Source: the human T2T-CHM13v2.0 reference genome, Homo sapiens
Length of the DNA: 64,000 nt
NCBI RefSeq assembly: GCF_009914755.1
Contig: NC_060928.1
Reading direction: 5' to 3' (one strand)
Shown here: positions 59,268-64,000 of the stretch, one piece after another
Layout of the letters: every line of letters begins with the position of its first letter
Numbering within the stretch: the stretch's first letter is position 1
The notes under the pieces: model-generated
Seen by the model: only the letters and a program-made list of their open reading frames with translations
The model's database searches: none
What the model was told of the DNA's origin: nothing
Position numbers and translations under genes: made by a program

Positions 59268-61400
59268 TTTGGCCTCAAATTGATACTCAATTGTAGGAAA
59301 ATACCCTTACAGATACATGGGAAAGACACAGTTGATATAGATTACAGATACAGGAGAATTAAAAGCACAACTAATAAAAACCACACCCACCATGGCTTTG
59401 CAAGGAGAGTCATATTGTGAGAATTGTCATGGACATACACATAACATTCAATATGCAGTAAAGCCCAGACCGCTCATTGGGCGTATCTAATGCCATTCCG
59501 TTTTTCTTTTTTTTCCAAGTAAATTTTTTATTATTATTATACTTTAAATTCTAGGGTACATGTGCACAACATGCAGGTTTGTTAATGTGCCATGTTGGTG
59601 TGTTGCACCCATTAACTTGTCATTTACATTACGTATATCTCCTAATGCTATCCCTCTCCCTTCCCCCCATCCCACAACAGGCCACGGTGTATGATGTTCC
59701 CCTTCCTGTGTCCAAGTGTTCTCATTGTTCAATTCCCACCTATAAGTGAGAACTTGTGGTGTTTGGTTTTTTGTCCTTACAACAGTTTGCTGAGAATGAT
59801 GGTTTCCAGCTTCATCCATGTCCCTACAAGGGACATGAACTCATTCTTTTTTATGGCTGCATAGTATTCCATGGTGTACATGTGCCACATTTTCTTAATC
59901 CAGTCTATCATTGATGGACATTTGGGTTGGTTCCAAGTCTGCTATTGTGAATAGCACTGCAATAAACATACGTGTGCATGTGTCTTTACAGCAGCATGAT
60001 TTATAATCCTTTGGGTATATACCCAGTAATGGGATGGCTGGGTCAAATGGTATTTCTAGTTCTAGATCCCTGAGGAATTGCCACACTGTCTTCTACAATG
60101 GTTGAACTAGTTTACAGTCCCACCAACAGTGTAGAAGTGTTCCTATTTCTCCACGTCCTCTCCAGCACATGTTGTTTCCTGACTTTTTAATGATCACCAT
60201 TCTAACTGGTGTGAGATGGCATCTCATTGTGGTTTTGATTTGCATTTCTCTAATGGCCAGTGATGATGAGCATTTTTTCATGTGTCTGTTGGCTGCATAA
60301 ATGTCTTCTTTTGAGAAGTGTCTGTTCATATCCTTTGCCCACTTTTTGATGGGGTTGTTTGTTTTTTTCTTGTAAATTTGTTTGAGGTCTTTGTACACCT
60401 TATACAAAAATTAATTCAAGATGGATTAAAGACTTAAATGTTAGACCTAAAATCATAAAAACCCTAGAAGAAAACCTAGGCATTATCATTCAGGACATAG
60501 GCATGGGCAAGGACTTCATGTCTAAAACACCAAAAGCAATGGCAACAAAAGCCAAAATTGACAAATGGGATCTAATTAAACTAAAGAGCTTCTGCACAGC
60601 AGAAGAAACTATCATCAGAGTGAACGGGCAACCTACAGAATGGGAAAAAATTTTTGCAATCTACTCATCTGACAAAGGGCTAATGCCATTCCATTTTTCA
60701 ATACAACAGTACGCAGTTGAGCAAATTTATCTGATAACAACATAAGTTCAGTACCACTGTCATTAAGAGCTTTATTTTACATGTAAGCTTAATATTTTAT
60801 TTCTGTAGCAGGATCGTACCAGCGGCAGGGGCGAACACTGTGATAGGGTACCACCACCAGAGGGCCCGGTGCATTTGTAACCAGTGATGTTTGTAAGCAT
60901 TTAGATTACTGGGGAGGGGAAAATCATCCCGGATGGTGAATGAAATTAATGGCCTCCCCCAAGTGCATCTCCCCCTCCAGTATGGGGGCAGCTATCACCA
61001 CCCATAGAATCCACATACCCAGAGGGCTCCCCAGAGAACAGGAAAAGTTCTCCTATAATTGTATTGCTGTAATGTGTAATTTAAGTAACAAAGGTGCTGT
61101 GTTTCATTTGGGCTTGGGCAAAAATAGACTGTTTGGTCTGGTTAAAAGAAGTCCAGGTTATTATCCCACCCCCATTGGTATTGGCATATCCATTCGGAAA
61201 TGTTAGCAAGGACGATTCTCCAAGGTAGCCCATTTCTGGCGGCCTCTGGCAACTCGACACATAGCCAGCACTGACTGCAGTTGGCTTCTGTTGTCGCAGT
61301 GGCTACCCAAGTGATGAACTCATTCTCGGCCTCAGACATGATGACCCAAGTACTGATTACTAGCAGACAGGTTATTCTCTGTAATAATAAAAATAGAGGG
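59268..61400 (-). pseudogene. Gamma-type env remnant, split by an L1
   Basis: SU CxxC motif NCSQCWLC (ORF 61142-61339), ISD-like [13 protein letters not shown], decayed CX6CC (VWALLHIECYVY) and TM helix WWVWFLLVVLLILL. Confidence 0.82.
59507..60684 (-). mobile_element. L1PA (about PA4/5) with 5' inversion (sense part 59507-60395, inverted part 60394-60684)
   Basis: Strand switch at ttgta|caccttatac. TSD ctaatgccattcc(g/a)tttttc at 59487-59506 and 60680-60699. Confidence 0.95.
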
Positions 61401-61799
61401 GAACATGATACTGTTTTTCATCTTTAGGAAATTGTGCTATGCCTTCATTTTCTGCTCCCATAGCTACAAGGTCACCAGCCTTAGGGGCAGAATCTGGTGG
61501 ACACTGTACCCATATTTTGGCTCCAGGATTATAAGTTGCCCTCTCTGGTGGACCCGAATTCTCCAGTTCTATATGTTGTTTCTATTGGGGCAGAAATTTC
61601 CTCAGTGGTTGACAAGGTACCACTAACAATTTAGCAACCCGCAGCTGCAGTTGTATAGCAAAAGAATCTGGAGTGGTATTGTATAAAATGACCTTTAACT
61701 CTCCCTGGTAATCACTATCAATTATACCACCATAGATTATAATGCCTCCCATTGCAAGGCTTGAACATGTTGTAATCCATTTATCTGCATTCGAATTTG

Positions 61800-62759
61800 C
61801 AGTTACGGTGGAAATTTTGGCCTGTTGATCTGCTTGCTGATTAAATAGTCTGTTAAGAATAAGCAGAGACGCATGAGCATCAACATGGAAAACAGCGCTA
61901 ATGGTAGTGTGTGCCAGGATTCAGACATCTCCCCAGTATTGTTTTCCCCAAACCTCTTCATTCCCAATTAACCATTTGTTTCATCCCAAGTAGTAAGACC
62001 ATTTGCTACTGACCAAGAGTTGGTATACAGGTGACAAATCCCTCTGGCCTCCTCCTGAATAGCTTGGAGGATGGCTACCAATTCAGCCAGCTGGTTGCTC
62101 CCACCGTTTCCTTCATCAGAACCAGTGAGTTTTGGGGGAACTCATGACCCAAATCATAATCATAAAGACATCATGGTTGAAGCAGAGGTGCTCCGTTTCC
62201 AGCGAAGCCCAATAGCAAGCTAACGGTTGATTCTTGAAAGGGGTATAAGCTTTGCTGGTCTCTGGCAGTTTCCAGATCCAAACCACAAAGGTACCCTCTT
62301 CCCATCTTGTTTCTGCCTAAGGCTCCAATTAGCCTGTTGTTGTAGTTCTACTGGCCCATCCTGTATGGGCCGTAGATTTCAGACCAGTTGCACTGCTTGT
62401 TTAGCTTGTTCAAAAGCCATGCTCTCTTTCTCTCCCCAGTGAAAGTCGTAGCGTTTTCTAGTGACTGCATGCAGAGGTTCTAAAATGTTACCCAAGTGGG
62501 ACTATGATGTCTCCAGAATCCAAACAAGGCAATAAATTTCTGGGCCACCTTCTTAGTGGTAGGGGTTGCAAATTCTAGTATTTTAGCCTTAGCCTTTGTT
62601 AAAATGGACTATTTCCTTTATTCCATAGGATGCCAAGGAATTTTACAGTTTGTGCAGGTCCTTGAATTTTACTAGGGTTAATTTCCTGGCCTTCAGATAG
62701 GAGATGGATTTTTACCTGCTCCAAACCCTGGCTGACTAGTTCTTCAGTTTTACCCTAAC
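61800..62759 (-). pseudogene. ERV pol remnant (RT C-terminal part and RNase H)
   Basis: Translates to EINPSKIQGPAQTVKFLGILW, PTTKKVAQKFIALFGFWR, QLAELVAILQAI, HLYTNSWSVANGL, FHVDAH and FNQQADQQAK. Confidence 0.88.
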
Positions 62760-63180
62760 CATGCCATTCAGATAGCTGCTTTTTTCAGCAATAAGCTGAT
62801 AGCTTTGAGCCTAATCAGTCAAGACATAGGCCTGGCATTGGGCCAGGGCCAGTCTGGAAGTCAGATTAGCATTTTCCTTTTCCAGCTTACATTTCTCTTG
62901 AAGCAACCAGTCCCTATCTTGACACATTAAATTATAAGCAGTAAGCAAGCACCATCTATGCCGGGAAATTCCCTCAGCATCCCCTTTACCAACTGGGATT
63001 CCCTGCAGCACTTCACGCACTCAAATGTTGAAATCGCACTGATTTAGATTCCCAATTATCACAAAAGCCAGTTCCCCTGGGCCATTCAATCACCAAGAAG
63101 GAAAACTGAGGGAGTTCCCATCCCAGGATGGGGGAAGACCCTGAGTTCCCAGCCCAGACCCTGCAGCTAAAAAATGGCAT
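62760..63180 (-). pseudogene. ERV gag N-terminal remnant
   Basis: Lies just after the PBS. ORF 62811-63020 includes the coiled-coil-like LQEKCKLEKENANLTSRLALAQ. Confidence 0.55.
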
Positions 63181-63194
63181 GCTTTTGCTATGAA

Positions 63195-63212
63195 ATCCTG
63201 TTCGTGACGCCA
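63195..63212 (-). promoter_or_regulatory. Primer-binding site for tRNA-Ser(CGA)
   Basis: Minus-strand TGGCGTCACGAACAGGAT, 4 nt from the 5' LTR. It matches the recalled tRNA-Ser(CGA) 3' end ATCCTGTTCGTGACG-CCA. Confidence 0.88.
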
Positions 63213-63854
63213 AAAATGTTCTATGCGGGAAACGCATGAGGGGAGAAGAAAAGACACACACACGATACCTTTAAGGGTAAACAAGCTTTGTCCCAAGTAA
63301 ATGGCAATTCAGATATAATAAGCAAATGATAGAATAAGCAAATTAATATAATAAGCAAATTGCAATGGGAAGGGGAGAAGGGAAATCAGATATATATATA
63401 TATTTACACTCACCAGAATATGGAAGATTCACCACCAGACTGGGAAGCAACAGCCTTGGCTCCTGAGTTGGCCACTCATCCGTGCAGACGAGGAGAGGTC
63501 TCATGAAGCTTCGGCACAGTCTGGGACTCTAGCTCTTTTTGTAACGAGTTGTTTGGCATGAGGCCCAGTCATGAGGGCCCTTCATGACTGGGCTCAAGGA
63601 ACACAAAAAGATCAACTTGTTTTTGCCAGTGTCTATTGTTCTTCAATAACTAAAGTATGAGAATAGATTGAAATAGAGATTTCTCCAAAACAGCACTGGA
63701 GAAACGCCTCAAGAGGCTCACACAACCTGTGCCGGGACTTGGTGACCGTTGTTTGTGCCCACGTTCAATTGAGTTCAAATATAATATTTTAACTCTTCCT
63801 CCACAGCTGCCATAATAAAATATCAAAGACTGTGTGGCTTAAACAACAAAAATA

Positions 63855-64000
63855 CAGTTGACCCTTGAATAATTTGGTGGTTAGGGGCACCAAACCCCCG
63901 TGCAGTCAAAAATCTACATGTAACTTTTGGCCTTCCCAACACTTAACTACTAAAAGCCTACTGTTGACCAGAAGCATTACTGATAACATAAACAGTTGAT
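63855..64000. mobile_element. Tigger2-family DNA transposon end (runs off the window)
   Basis: ta|cagttgacccttgaa...ttaggggcacc...cttaactact...gcctactgttgacc. Confidence 0.85.

Larger units (their letters stand above)
58678..63805 (-). mobile_element. HERV-S / HERVL18 provirus, internally deleted (5' LTR 63217-63805, 3' LTR 58678-59267, LTR18B-like)
   Basis: Paired ~590-bp LTRs with TG..CA ends. Perfect TSD gctgc at 58673-58677 and 63806-63810. Ser PBS and gag/pol/env remnants. Inserted into an MLT1A/MST-like LTR. Confidence 0.93.

Noticed and set aside
63195-63212. tRNA-Ser 3'-end match as a tRNA gene
   Set aside because: Only 18-19 nt, including CCA and adjacent to an LTR, so it is a retroviral PBS.

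Overview
This is AT-rich primate (human or great-ape-like) genomic DNA, mostly interspersed repeats: L1, L2, MIR, six Alus, THE1/MST/MLT MaLR elements, ERV1-type solo LTRs and Tigger/MER DNA transposons. I recognise no host protein-coding gene, RNA gene or CpG island. The long ORFs are L1 ORF2 or ERV remnants, and L1s lie on both strands, which fits intergenic DNA. The best-resolved structure is a minus-strand, internally deleted HERV-S/HERVL18 provirus (58678-63805). It has LTR18B-like LTRs, a perfect GCTGC target-site duplication (TSD), a tRNA-Ser(CGA) primer-binding site (PBS) and gamma-type env remnants. A twin-primed L1 has inserted into its env immunosuppressive domain. The most interesting but speculative lead is a copy-specific ATG plus splice donor in the 3' LTR that would splice in frame into an open, apparently unique exon at 55105. 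That would be a possible LTR-driven de novo micropeptide or lncRNA. Repeat names come from my recall of consensus sequences, not a database search. Boundaries of old repeats are approximate; TSD-defined boundaries were read directly.
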